Notes under the pieces: model-generated
Databases searched by the model: none
Seen by the model: only the letters and a program-made list of their open reading frames with translations
What the model was told of the DNA's origin: nothing
Shown here: positions 9,705 through 19,917 of the stretch, piece after piece
How the letters are laid out: each line of letters starts with the position of its first letter
Numbering within the stretch: position 1 is the first letter of the stretch
Assembly (NCBI GenBank): GCA_044222185.1
Contig: JBGANV010000003.1
Coordinates: 192,001 to 256,000 of the forward strand
DNA: 64,000 nt
Direction of reading: 5' to 3'
DNA from: Planctomycetota bacterium
Lineage (GTDB): Bacteria; Planctomycetota; GCA-002687715; CAIWVZ01
Made by a program: the position numbers and the translations under genes

Positions 9705-11156
9705 TCAGCGCCAGGCGAACACGAGACCGGATTGCGTCCGACTCCACCCGGCGGCGAAAGTTGCGAATGCGATCTGGCTTCCGGTAGCGACGTCCACGAG
9801 CCCGATGTCGTTCGGCCCGTTGCCGATGAACGCGTAGAGCGTCGCCGTCAGCAGGTACTTCCCGCTGGGTGAGACCCCGAGCACCCACCGTCCGTCCTGC
9901 GATGGCTGGGAGTACGGAACCGCCGTCGTGGTGACGCTCGACGGGTCCGCCAGATCGAGATGCACCGCTCGAATCGAGTCCGTCGACACCGCATAGGCGT
10001 CCACCCCATTGCGAGCCGAGACGTAGGTGAACGCAGGCGTTGCGGTCGAAAGCTGGGCGCTCGTGAGCGCCCCGATCCAGCTTCCACTCGCCTGGTCATG
10101 GCGGTGGATCGTTGTCGCCCCGCCGGCGGTGACCTGGGTCACCGCGACCGAGATCAGGCGTCCGGTTCCCGTCATCGTCGGGCGGCCGATCAGGATCCCG
10201 AACCCGATCGCGAACGGCGACGGCGCCACGCTCATCGGTTGCAGGTATGACGCGCTCGTCGGATCGGTTTGAAGGATCGCGAGGCCACCGATGGAGCGGA
10301 TCACGGCGAGCCGCAGGCCGTCGTTCGAAAGTTCCATCTGGTATCCCGGCTCCGTCGTCTGCGCGAGGAGCGAGCCGAACCCGGCCGACTGGGGCGAAGC
10401 CTCGAACACGCGGAGGCCCGCCCCCCCACCGATCGCGTAGAGCCGGTCGTGAACGCGATCGAAACACAGGTTCTGGCATCCGCCGGGTGCGATCAGGGAG
10501 ACGACTGGCGCGGGCGACGTCGTATCCACGACCCAGACGCCATCCGTCGCGGCGATGAAGAGGTCCCGCCCGCCGCTCCCGAAGACGAGATCGTTGACCC
10601 AGAACCCGGGCGACGGGGGCGGAATCGTCGTCACGGCGCCGAGGATCGGGTCCAGGAGCGCGATGACGCCGTTCGGCTGAGTCATCGCCAGCATGGAGTG
10701 GCGAGAGACGTCGAGGAAGAGCGGCTGAGTGGCGCCGATGCCCCCGGCCGACGATGGAGAGACGACGGCGGCCTGCGCGTAGGCATTCAGGCCCATGAGC
10801 TCCGGGACCTCCGGTCCAGCGAGCGGTCGCGCCAGGGTGCCACGTCCTGCGGCGTCGAGCGTTCCGAGGCCGACGTCGATGACGTCCTCGCCGGCCAGGC
10901 TCGGGTACAGCGCGAGCCCGAGGAAGGACTGGTCGGCGCGGCGGACCGAGGCCACGAGGAAGAACGTGCCGTTGGCCGGGCCGCCGACGATCTCGTAGCC
11001 GAACTGCATGTTCCCGAGCCACGGCGGCTGACCGACGAGCGCAGGCGTCCTGCCATCGACGGGAGTCCCCTGCCCGAATGGGAACTGACCGGAGGCCGAT
11101 GTCGACAGGAACGACGACAAGGACACGGCGAACAGCACCGCTACGGTTCGAATCAT
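9705..11156 (-). CDS. Secreted beta-propeller-like protein carrying the recurrent domain at its N-terminus
   Basis: ATG 11156 MIRTVAVLFAVSLSS...ASG-Q; FGQGT...TLDAAGRGTL...ELMGLNAYAQAAVV, then propeller-like repeats (DLVFGSGGRDLFIA, LSNDGLRLAV, VSPSGKYLL). Confidence 0.8.
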   Translation of the reverse strand: MIRTVAVLFAVSLSSFLSTSASGQFPFGQGTPVDGRTPALVGQPPWLGNMQFGYEIVGGPANGTFFLVASVRRADQSFLGLALYPSLAGEDVIDVGLGTLDAAGRGTLARPLAGPEVPELMGLNAYAQAAVVSPSSAGGIGATQPLFLDVSRHSMLAMTQPNGVIALLDPILGAVTTIPPPSPGFWVNDLVFGSGGRDLFIAATDGVWVVDTTSPAPVVSLIAPGGCQNLCFDRVHDRLYAIGGGAGLRVFEASPQSAGFGSLLAQTTEPGYQMELSNDGLRLAVIRSIGGLAILQTDPTSASYLQPMSVAPSPFAIGFGILIGRPTMTGTGRLISVAVTQVTAGGATTIHRHDQASGSWIGALTSAQLSTATPAFTYVSARNGVDAYAVSTDSIRAVHLDLADPSSVTTTAVPYSQPSQDGRWVLGVSPSGKYLLTATLYAFIGNGPNDIGLVDVATGSQIAFATFAAGWSRTQSGLVFAWR

Positions 11157-11393
11157 CGCGAACCTCGCTCGGTGAGCCTTGGGGGTCAGCGGGGCGCCAC
11201 TCGTGCCCCGGCTTGCACAGCGGTGGGGTCGTCGGCCGCTGGTGCGGAGAAACAAAGAGTGAAGTGCCGGCGACCCGGGTGGCGTTGCGGGCGGACGCAG
11301 CCAACCGGTGCGAGCGGGGTGCAACCCGGCGTACCCCCGGGAGACGGTCGCCGGACTGGACTTCGATCCACGGCCGGCCCACAATCCCAGACC

Positions 11394-13007
11394 ATGCGCC
11401 CGCAGGCCCACCGTGCACTCGCCTTGTTCTTGCTCAGCGTCGGGCTCGCCGGGGCGCAGGCGCCCGCCGGGTTCCGCACGTTCGTTGCCGAAGGTACGGG
11501 GCTCGAGTTCTTCGCTCCCACGGAGTACTCGCAGATCCCGCTTCCTCCCACCGAGTCGACCCTCGCCGCACGGTTTCAGCGCAAGTCGGTCCCCGACGAA
11601 CTCGAGAGCGCCAAGATCAAGATGAAGCCGGAGCTCGTCGTCTACTGCTTCCCGATCCGGGCCCGCAACGTCACGGGGAAACCAAGCTCCGAGTCCGCGC
11701 CGGCCGACGAAGGCCCGAAGACGCTTCGCGAAGCCATGGAGAAGCGTTCCGAAGTCGTGGACTTCGAGGACTTCAAGGCGAAGCGCCTGGGCGGATGGTC
11801 CACGACGGATGTGCCGGGGAAACCCGGGCACTTCATCCTCCAGTCCGCCGCGCAGAAGACCGCCGAGGGTTACCTCGTGCACCGTGAGGAGCATGGCCAG
11901 GCGTGTGGGATCTACGGCGTCGTGCCCAAGGTCTATTCGACGCAGCTTCGGGCCACGATCACGGGCATGGCGCGCGGGCTCAAGCTTCCCGACCGCGCGG
12001 CCAAGGACACGGATGCGAGCGCCGATTCCACACTCGACCGGCTCTACAAGGACTCGAAGCTCACGGCGATCGCTCACCGAAAGACGGTTCGCAAGGGCCT
12101 CGCTACGGGATGGAAGGCACTGGACACGCCGCACTACATCATCGTCCAGCACTCACCCGACGAGAAACTCGTCAACAAGATTGCTCGCGACATCGAAGCC
12201 ATGCAGGGCTTCTACTCGCAGCTCTTCCCGCCCGTGAAGCCCGTGGAGGCCGTCAGCGTCGTGCGCGTTTGCAGGAACCGCACCGAGTTCCTGGCCTACG
12301 GTGGGCCGCCCATGTCGGGTGGCTTCTGGCACGCCGGCAACGAGGAGCTCGTCTTCTACGACTTCGAGCAGACCACTCTCGACAACGAAGCGGCCGGCGT
12401 GACGGCCGGCAAGACCACCGACAAGGACTCACTCCTCGTCCTCTATCACGAGGCGTTCCACCAGTACATCTATTACGCCGTCGGTGAGGTCGCGCCGCAC
12501 GATTGGTTCAACGAGGGGCACGGCGACTACTTCAGCGGCGCCGTGATCCCGCAGTACGGGACGAAGGTCGACCACATCGGGCCGTCGCCGTGGCGCATCC
12601 ACCGAGCCAAGGACCAATGCGAGTTCGGCAAGGGGTGGGTGCCGCTGAAAGCCCTCGTCCACGCGGAACGGGCCGAGTACTACAACCCGGCGCGACAAGC
12701 CGATTACTACGCTGCCGGCTGGTCCTTCGTCTACTTCCTCCGCGAAGCCGAGGTCGTGAAGAAGCACCCGCGGTGGTCGAAGGTCCTGACCGACTACTTC
12801 GATGCACTGAAGCGCGGCTACCTGGACGCCATCGAGCCGATCCCCAAGCCGACGCTCGCGGACAAGCAGGCGGCCCAAGCGAAGGCCAAGGAGGCCGCGC
12901 TGGCGGCGTTCCTGAAAGACGTGGACCTGGACGCCCTCGAGTCGCAGTGGAAGAGCTTCATCGTCAAGATGAAGGACCCCTGGCCGGAGCGGCGGAAGAA
13001 GCCGTGA
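11394..13007 (+). CDS. Secreted DUF1570-like zinc-peptidase-fold protein
   Basis: Signal peptide ending AGA-Q; LYHEAFHQY...PHDWFNEGHGDYF; YAAGWSFVYFL. Confidence 0.8.
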   Translation: MRPQAHRALALFLLSVGLAGAQAPAGFRTFVAEGTGLEFFAPTEYSQIPLPPTESTLAARFQRKSVPDELESAKIKMKPELVVYCFPIRARNVTGKPSSESAPADEGPKTLREAMEKRSEVVDFEDFKAKRLGGWSTTDVPGKPGHFILQSAAQKTAEGYLVHREEHGQACGIYGVVPKVYSTQLRATITGMARGLKLPDRAAKDTDASADSTLDRLYKDSKLTAIAHRKTVRKGLATGWKALDTPHYIIVQHSPDEKLVNKIARDIEAMQGFYSQLFPPVKPVEAVSVVRVCRNRTEFLAYGGPPMSGGFWHAGNEELVFYDFEQTTLDNEAAGVTAGKTTDKDSLLVLYHEAFHQYIYYAVGEVAPHDWFNEGHGDYFSGAVIPQYGTKVDHIGPSPWRIHRAKDQCEFGKGWVPLKALVHAERAEYYNPARQADYYAAGWSFVYFLREAEVVKKHPRWSKVLTDYFDALKRGYLDAIEPIPKPTLADKQAAQAKAKEAALAAFLKDVDLDALESQWKSFIVKMKDPWPERRKKP

Positions 13008-13060
13008 GGCGTGACGGAGCCTGCACCGTCCATCGGCGCAGGACCGTTCGTCGACACGCA

Positions 13061-14558
13061 TCACGGGATCGTGAACGTCCCCGTCCCGCCGATGTCGCGG
13101 ATCACGAACCCATTCGCCGTGACGTCGAACGTCACGGCGGCGGTGAACAGCCGCGGCCCGCAGAGCGCCGGCTCCGCAGGCAGCGCGAGGACCGATGTCG
13201 CGGCCCCGGCACCATCGAGCGCTCCGGTGAACCCCTGGAACACGCTGGGGCGGCCGGGGATCGGGTCGAGGATGATCGACGGTCGAGCCCGATTCGGCAG
13301 CCGTCGCCCGTAGCGAGGCCGGTGCGTGCGTGCGCCGACATCCCGAGGAGGCAACCGGCGCCGTGCGAAGCGGCCGCTCCCACGGCGAAGGTCGTCGACG
13401 CACCAGGTCCACCGATGGAGCCGATCGTGTGCACGATCGCAGCAGGCCATCCCTCGATGCGCAGATCGTCGATGGCGCATTCCGTGCCCGAGTCGCCCGG
13501 GACATCCGCAACGCGAAAGCGACCGCGCGTCGCGCTCGCAGGAACGATGAACGCGTCCAACGTGACGCGATGCTCGGTCCAACTGTTCCGCCGACCGCGG
13601 ACCTCATCGACCCTCACCCAGGATCCACCACCATCGTTCGAGACGTCGATCACAACCGCGTCATCGTGATCGTCGTTCGCGAGCGTGGTCGTCCTCGGGC
13701 TGCCACGGGAACCACCCGCCCGGCGAGACGATCAGGCCCGCCTGGACGGGATCCACGCGCGTCCACGCGCCGTCACCGAAGTCGAGGGCCAAGCCCACGG
13801 TCCACCCCGACGGATTCTCTCGGTCATCGCTCGCGATCCTCGCCCCAACGCCGGCGAACAGCGGGACGGTCACCGTGCGCGTGATCCCGTCCAACACGAG
13901 CGTGGCCGACGATCCAACGGCTGCGCCCGTCGGAACCGCAGCTGCAAGGGTGATCCGGAACGTGGCGGTTGCGTTCGAGCGCGACGCCGCAGCGCCTGGC
14001 GTCGTGGCGGAATTCGTCACGAGCCGGACATGCGGTGAGAGCGCCGTCACAGACGCGGCGACCTGACCGCTCGTCCCCCGCCGACCCACGTTGCGAAGCG
14101 TCGAGACGACGTCGAGCGCCTCGCCGGCCTCCAGCCATGTGTCGCCATCGCCGCTCACTCGAACGGCCTGCGTCCCGGCAAGCGCATCGAACGCAGCCAC
14201 CCTCTCCGCGAACGTGCCCCCCCCATGCGTCCCGAGCCCACATCCGGAAACGAGTCGAGCGGCGACGCCAGGCCTTCCTGGACGTGGGCGATCCGGTCTT
14301 CGTGCACCATGACCGAGGAAAGCCCCGCCTGGTCCAACATCGCCAACGCTGCCGGAGAGTTGATGAGGACCGGGACCCAGCCGGGATCGACGTGGTTTGG
14401 GATCACATCCAGGTCGAGCCCGCCCAACGATGGAACGCGGCTGCCGTCGGAACGTGGGCCTTCGCCTCGGAGGAACGCTCGGGCGTCGGCGCGTCGGCGA
14501 CTCCGGCAAGCGCGAACGCCGAGAGCGCCACGGCGAGGACGAAGGCGATGAGCGCCAT
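13061..14558 (-). pseudogene. Decayed secreted protein, probably an M14 zinc carboxypeptidase with the catalytic domain deleted
   Basis: Consecutive fragments in different frames: signal peptide MALIAFVLAV; propeptide-like ...GSGRMGG/TFAERVAAFDAL; GDGDTWLEAGE Ig-like part; QPEDDH; IDVSNDGGGSW...IDDLRIEG; terminal GFTGALDGAGAATSVLALPAEPALCG. Confidence 0.7.
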
Positions 14559-14715
14559 GGGGTTCTCCAGTGCCGGCGCCGCGTACGGCGCCCTCGCAGC
14601 CGCGCAGCCCGATCGTAGTCGCATACCCACGACAGGAGGTACCTCTATCCCACGCTCGGCGATTCAACCGGGATGACGGCCTCCAAGCAGCGACACGCTC
14701 GCGAGTCCTGCCTGG

Positions 14716-15771
14716 TCAGAACCCGAGCGTGAGATCGATGGCATTCGAAAGCGCGAACGACGGGTTGCCACCGAACTGGATCGCCTGGGTCGCGACGAAG
14801 ATTCCCGCCAGTGCAGGGTCCGGCGGGAGTGGAATCGAGAAGCTCGCCTGTGGCCCGGCGATCGGCGGAGTGAGCTCGAAGACCGGGAAGTCGATGAGCA
14901 GCACCTGCCCGCTGGCGAGCGCGAGCTGTGTCGCGGCAGCCGACAAGAAGATCTGCGCGGCGGCGTGGTTCGTCGGGGCGAGGTCGACGTTCCCGCTCCA
15001 CGACTGGCCAAGGCGCGGGAGCGACGACGTGTAGGACTGTGGGTTGGGAGGGACGTTGCGCGACGTTGCCAGAGCCGGGCCCTGAAGCGCGAGCGTCACC
15101 GACACCTGGTATCCGCCCGTGAACGGGAAGGAGTTGAAGATGCTCTCGGCGCGATTCTGAACGCTCAACGAGTACTGCCCCGGCCCGAGCGTCCCGCGCG
15201 TCACGAGCGTGAACGTCCCAGGAGGCCCGAGCCCGGTCGAATACGGCGGCGGCGTCACCCCCGGGTCGGGCGTGATGCTCGATCCGCTGAAGCTGTACGC
15301 AGCACTCGAGACGAGCGTCTCGTTGCTCGTCGCGCTGAGGGCGACGTTCAGGGTGAAGTGAACGGGTGCGGGCACCGTGAACGTCCATTGGTCGCGTGCA
15401 TCCGCAACGGCGCTCGAGCCTGCGGGCCCGACCGGTCCGCGCATGGCGTTGCCGATGGCTGAGATCGAGAGGCTCGTCGGAGTGGGAATCACCGTGAGCT
15501 GCGAACCGGCGGAACTCGGGAGCCACGTCGGACCGCCCGGGTCGCTCACGGCGATCGTGTCGGCCGTCGGAGTCGTCGTCGTGAACGTGTGAGATCCCGA
15601 GGGACCCCCGAACTGCCCGCAGTACGCGAGGTTCGTCCCGAAACGGCTGACGTACGTCATCGTCACCTGCGACTGACCGAAGCCACGTGACGCCGCACAA
15701 GCGACGACGATTCCGAGCACGAGGCCTCGAGCCCCGAGACGAGCGAACCAATCATTCGACGAGCCGTGCAT
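14716..15771 (-). CDS. Secreted hypothetical protein with recurrent C-terminal domain
   Basis: GGGGAG RBS; signal peptide ending GFG-Q; ends FSIPLPPDPALAGIFVATQAIQFGGNPSFALSNAIDLTLGF. Confidence 0.85.
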   Translation of the reverse strand: MHGSSNDWFARLGARGLVLGIVVACAASRGFGQSQVTMTYVSRFGTNLAYCGQFGGPSGSHTFTTTTPTADTIAVSDPGGPTWLPSSAGSQLTVIPTPTSLSISAIGNAMRGPVGPAGSSAVADARDQWTFTVPAPVHFTLNVALSATSNETLVSSAAYSFSGSSITPDPGVTPPPYSTGLGPPGTFTLVTRGTLGPGQYSLSVQNRAESIFNSFPFTGGYQVSVTLALQGPALATSRNVPPNPQSYTSSLPRLGQSWSGNVDLAPTNHAAAQIFLSAAATQLALASGQVLLIDFPVFELTPPIAGPQASFSIPLPPDPALAGIFVATQAIQFGGNPSFALSNAIDLTLGF

Positions 15772-15844
15772 CTTGGACTCCCCTGGTCGACCTCGTGTGC
15801 CTGACGACGACGGAGGGTCCCGTCGTCATCCGCTGGTGATTCGA

Positions 15845-15872
15845 CATATACAGGATCCGCCGGAACGAGCAA
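15845..15872 (-). promoter_or_regulatory. Possible sigma-70 promoter for the 14716-15771 gene
   Basis: TTGCTC-N16-TATATG on the minus strand, about 75 nt upstream of the ATG. Confidence 0.35.
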
Positions 15873-16175
15873 CGCCGACGCCGTGATCCTGGAAATTCGG
15901 CGAGGCGGCGTCATCCCGGCGGACGCGCGCGTTGGACCGGTGCCGCGACGGATCAGGCGCATCGAGCCGAAACATGCGCCGAAACGTCGTAAGTCCCTCG
16001 CCAGGGCGCTCGTCGCGCGACGACTCACCTCCGATGCAGCAGGAGTTCCATGAGCCGCGGAAACACGGTGGGGTCGCCGCGGAGCTCGCCCTGACGGCAC
16101 TCGCCCCGAGCGATGAGCGCCAGCGCGAGGTCCCGCCGCACGGAAGCGGCCGTCCATGCCGTGGTCGCGCCTCCA

Positions 16176-17582
16176 CTACGAGAGCGCGATCTTCACCTGC
16201 TTGCCGATGGCGACCAGTTCGGCGTCCTGCTCGGCGGGCGTGAGAGCCGCGAGGGGACGCGATGGGTCGTTGGCTGCCTGGAACTCGGACAGCGGCGTCT
16301 CCGCAAACGCGCTGGCGCGAACGGCGATCCACAGAATGATCAGCCCCTCGGTACTCGCCGCCTTGAGGATGCGAGGAAGTTCCTCGTCGGCGACGAAGTC
16401 GGAAGCGAGGAACGACGGCGTGACGAGCAGGATCGCGACACGCGTGCGGCGCAAGGCCACCTCGATCTCGCTCTTCCACTTCGCCCCTGGCGCGATGCTC
16501 TGGTCGTCCCAGACCTCGACCGCCTTGTGGCGAACGTAGGGTTTCAGCGCTTCGCGAATGCGATCGAGCCACTCGTGGTCCTTGTGGCTGTAGCTGATGA
16601 ACACCCGGTCGCGGACATAGCCCGAGAGTGCACTGTTGAACGCCGTCATTGCGCGCGCGGCGCCGGCCTCGGCGCGATCGTCGTGGGAAACCCTTGCGCG
16701 ATCCTGCGCGGGCGCAGGGACGCGGCGCGTTCCCTCGACGAGCGCGGACAGCTCCGGAATCGCCTCCTCGGCGGCACGACGCCCAGACGCGATCAGCCCG
16801 TCCTTGCGTGCCGCTGACATTCCGAACTCGTCGATCCGCACGCCGAGCGACGGGATGTCGACGATGCCGACTCGGCCCATCTGGTCGACCAGGTACTCGT
16901 CGCGCGTCCACCCACCGATCGCAAACAGCTGGCCGAGGAAACCGGCCAGGTTCGATTCGCGCACGGACTCCTGAGGATTGGACGCGGGACGGAGCACAAC
17001 GATCGGGAGGTCCTCGTCGTGGTGCGCTGCAAGCCAGACGGGACACGGGGACGCGAGCGCACCATCGACGACGATCCGCCCGTCGCGTTCGTGCGGCGGG
17101 TACATGAACGGCGCGGACACGGCGATCCGCATCGCCTCCGACATGCGCAGATCCGGCGTGGTCTGACGCGAGTAGACGAGGAGATGGCGCGAGACGAGAT
17201 CGACGCCGATCGTCGCGAACGGTTTCTGGAGCTGCGCGAACGTCGGATCCGCGCCGAGGATCCGCGGAAGCTCGCTGGCGATGCCCGGCTCCGAGTACGC
17301 AGCGAACGGCCACGACCACATGGAGCCCACGAACGGCAGGGCCGCCAGGCGGTGCTTCACTCCGGCCAGCCGCGAGAAGTCGATCGCGATCACGAGACGC
17401 TGCACGTCGCGGGGCGCGATGCCCGAAGCGAGCATGGCGCCGTACAAAGATCCCGCCGATGCCGCCGAGATGCTGGCTACTTCGAAGCCGGCCTCGTCGA
17501 GCACCGCGACGGCGCCCGCGTATGCGACGGCTCGCATCCCGCCCGCCGCCAGCACGAGGTGAACACGCCTCCGATCGTTCAT
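16176..17582 (-). CDS. Patatin-like phospholipase fused to a C-terminal TIR domain
   Basis: Patatin: LVLAAGGMRA, SAASAGS, VDGA; TIR (about 16176-16620): VFISYSHKD...WDDQSIAPGAKW...ILLVTPSFLASDFVADEELP. Confidence 0.9.
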   Translation of the reverse strand: MNDRRRVHLVLAAGGMRAVAYAGAVAVLDEAGFEVASISAASAGSLYGAMLASGIAPRDVQRLVIAIDFSRLAGVKHRLAALPFVGSMWSWPFAAYSEPGIASELPRILGADPTFAQLQKPFATIGVDLVSRHLLVYSRQTTPDLRMSEAMRIAVSAPFMYPPHERDGRIVVDGALASPCPVWLAAHHDEDLPIVVLRPASNPQESVRESNLAGFLGQLFAIGGWTRDEYLVDQMGRVGIVDIPSLGVRIDEFGMSAARKDGLIASGRRAAEEAIPELSALVEGTRRVPAPAQDRARVSHDDRAEAGAARAMTAFNSALSGYVRDRVFISYSHKDHEWLDRIREALKPYVRHKAVEVWDDQSIAPGAKWKSEIEVALRRTRVAILLVTPSFLASDFVADEELPRILKAASTEGLIILWIAVRASAFAETPLSEFQAANDPSRPLAALTPAEQDAELVAIGKQVKIALS

Positions 17583-17802
17583 CGATCGCCCTCGCCGTCC
17601 GGACATGCCGGACCACCGGACCGCAACAGCTCATGCCCGTTCCGGGCGGAACGGTACCCGATCGATGCGCGCGGACCACGGTCGCCCCCGCGCGAGCCTA
17701 CCCATGCGACGTCACTTTTCAGCTCAGCGTGACGCTTGAGTGAAGGGCGGAAGTCTTCGAACGGCAAGCGACTCGCTTGATGGAATCCGCCGGGAACAAG
17801 CC

Positions 17803-19221
17803 ATGAAAAGCACCACATTGCTTCGGTTGATCGCGCTCGCAGGACTCGTGGGACCAACGTTCGCTCAGAGTGGGCCATGGACCGACGGCGAAGTCGTCGT
17901 GTTGTCTCCCGCGAGCGGCGGCGGCGGGCTCGCGCTCCACCGCATCGCACCGGAGACCGGCCACGGCGAGGTGCTCGTCGGTGGCTCGTCGGGATATGGC
18001 GGATGGTCGGGAAAAGTCGCATTCGACCCCTATCGCAACGCACTCCTCGTCAACCTCGCGCTGCCGCCCGACGGACTGTTCACCTACAAGCTCTGGGCCG
18101 TCAACTGGGACGGCACGAAGGCTGCAATCCCCGGCTTCAGCGGAGCCACGCTCCGCGCGCTCTGTCCCACCGGCGACGGGCGCGTCTACTTCCAGGACCA
18201 CGCAACGGGCGCGACGAATGCGATCCAGTACATCGACTCCGCCAACACGATTCACACGCTGATGAACTCGACGAACACCGCGCCGTTCCTCTTCGCGGTC
18301 GAGCACATGATCTTCCACGCTCCGAGCAACTCGCTGATTGCAAGCACGTCGAGCTGGTGGTCGACGAACGACTGTGCGTCCACGGGTTCGAGCCTGTTCC
18401 GGATCCCGCTCTCGACCGACGGCTCACGGGTCTCGGGGGCCGTGACGTGCACGAGCGTGAGCAATGCCTACGCCGCCGAGGAGATCATGTCTCTCGATTA
18501 CCTGCCGGGGGGGAATCTGCTCATCACGCTGGCGTCAGGTGTGCCGGGCTATGCGCCCGACAAGCTGATGTCCGTGAATCCTTGGACACTCGCCGTGAGC
18601 GGCTGGGCGCACCCGGCGCAGATGGACCTGAACGGCGGGCTCTACAGCACCCGCATCGGGAAGGCGATCGTTCTGGATGACGGACCAAATCAACTTCGCA
18701 CCTTCGTCCCCGGTCAGCCCGGGCTCGGGACTCTGCTGGCGTGTGACGTGCCACTCGGGGACGCCACGACTGGTTACAGCCCGGCTGAATCGATCTGGGA
18801 GATCGACACCAATGGCCCCGGATGTCAAGGACTCACGCACACGTTCGGTGCGGGCCTCGCCGGGAGCAACAACGTCATCCCGGCGCTTGGCGTCGTCGGT
18901 TGCCCCGACGTGAACAGCAGCTTCACCATCTCGATCGACAACGTCGTGGGAGGAGCGAGCGGACTCCTGGTCGTCGGCACTGCGCCTGCGGCAATCCCGG
19001 CGCTCGGCGGCACGCTCTACGTCTACCCCATCGCGCTGCAGTTTCCGGTGACCGTCGGAGGGACCCCGGGCGCGGCCGGTGCGGGTTCGTTCGGACTGCC
19101 GCTCCTCGTGACGGATCCCGCGCTGACCGGCCTGACCCTCTTCATGCAAGCGGGCTTCATCGACGGCACCGCGGTCCAAGGTGTCTCCCTCACGAACGGC
19201 CTCCAGCTCGTGATCGGGTGA
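17803..19221 (+). CDS. Secreted beta-rich protein with recurrent C-terminal domain
   Basis: Signal peptide ending TFA-Q; ends FGAGLAG...DPALTGLTLFMQAGFID...GVSLTNGLQLVIG. Confidence 0.85.
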   Translation: MKSTTLLRLIALAGLVGPTFAQSGPWTDGEVVVLSPASGGGGLALHRIAPETGHGEVLVGGSSGYGGWSGKVAFDPYRNALLVNLALPPDGLFTYKLWAVNWDGTKAAIPGFSGATLRALCPTGDGRVYFQDHATGATNAIQYIDSANTIHTLMNSTNTAPFLFAVEHMIFHAPSNSLIASTSSWWSTNDCASTGSSLFRIPLSTDGSRVSGAVTCTSVSNAYAAEEIMSLDYLPGGNLLITLASGVPGYAPDKLMSVNPWTLAVSGWAHPAQMDLNGGLYSTRIGKAIVLDDGPNQLRTFVPGQPGLGTLLACDVPLGDATTGYSPAESIWEIDTNGPGCQGLTHTFGAGLAGSNNVIPALGVVGCPDVNSSFTISIDNVVGGASGLLVVGTAPAAIPALGGTLYVYPIALQFPVTVGGTPGAAGAGSFGLPLLVTDPALTGLTLFMQAGFIDGTAVQGVSLTNGLQLVIG

Positions 19222-19653
19222 GGCGCGCGGCCGGGTTCGATTCGCCGCGCGCACGGCGGAGGCGGCCGGAGCGGCCAGGACACCGCGCAAGCCACGGATC
19301 GCTCGGCGCCGCGTCATGCCGGCCCCGAATCCGCGCCATGGGTTTGCCGAGGGGCTCGGCTCAGTGCCGCACCTGGCCGCAACTGAACGCGCCCACGGCA
19401 TTCATCGTGGCGGCGAACGCGGATCCCCGCTCTCGGGGTCGCAAGACTCGCGACGCGACGCCGAGTTGGGAGCCGCGGACGAGGTCGCGAACTCAGCGAG
19501 AGCGAAGGCCGTGTGGGGTGCCGCGGAGCCATCCGAGGTTGGCAGGACTCCGGCAATCGGCCGCGAACGTCCTCCGGCGTCCTCACTCGGACGAGCAGGC
19601 CGGAAAGCAACGAGCCCCGGCCGGATCCAGAGATCCAACCAGGGCTCGTTGAG

Positions 19654-19727
19654 CGAGGGTGACGGGACTCGAACCCGCAACCACCAGATCGACAGTCTGG
19701 TGCGCTAACCAATTGCGCTACACCCCC
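19654..19727 (-). tRNA. tRNA-Asp (GTC), CCA not encoded
   Basis: GGGGGTGTAGCGCAATTGGTTAGCGCACCAGACTGTCGATCTGGTGGTTGCGGGTTCGAGTCCCGTCACCCTCG: 7-bp acceptor stem, D-loop GG, anticodon GTC, GGTTCGA T-loop. Confidence 0.97.
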
Positions 19728-19774
19728 GGGGCGCACGCCTTCGACGACGGGGTCCGCCGCCAAAAGAGGGCCGC

Positions 19775-19802
19775 ATCATAGCGGCGGCCATCAGCCGGAC
19801 AA
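19775..19802 (-). promoter_or_regulatory. Sigma-70 promoter of tRNA-Asp
   Basis: TTGTCC-N16-TATGAT followed by a GC-rich discriminator (GCGGCCC), typical of stable-RNA promoters. Confidence 0.6.
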
Positions 19803-19917
19803 GGGCACCGGGATCGGGCGGAATGCACGGTTGGAATCCACGGGTGTGACGTTCAGGAACGAACCGGCCTCCCGGATCCGGAGGGTTTCGCGCAGTCGCG
19901 CGGCCTCCGGAGATGCC

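Noticed and set aside
11160-11390. Riboswitch in the divergent intergenic region
   Set aside because: Only short GC hairpins; no recognisable aptamer consensus
14217-14224. Phase variation at the G8 run in the broken exoprotein gene
   Set aside because: The gene has several other frame breaks and deletions, so one slip could not restore it
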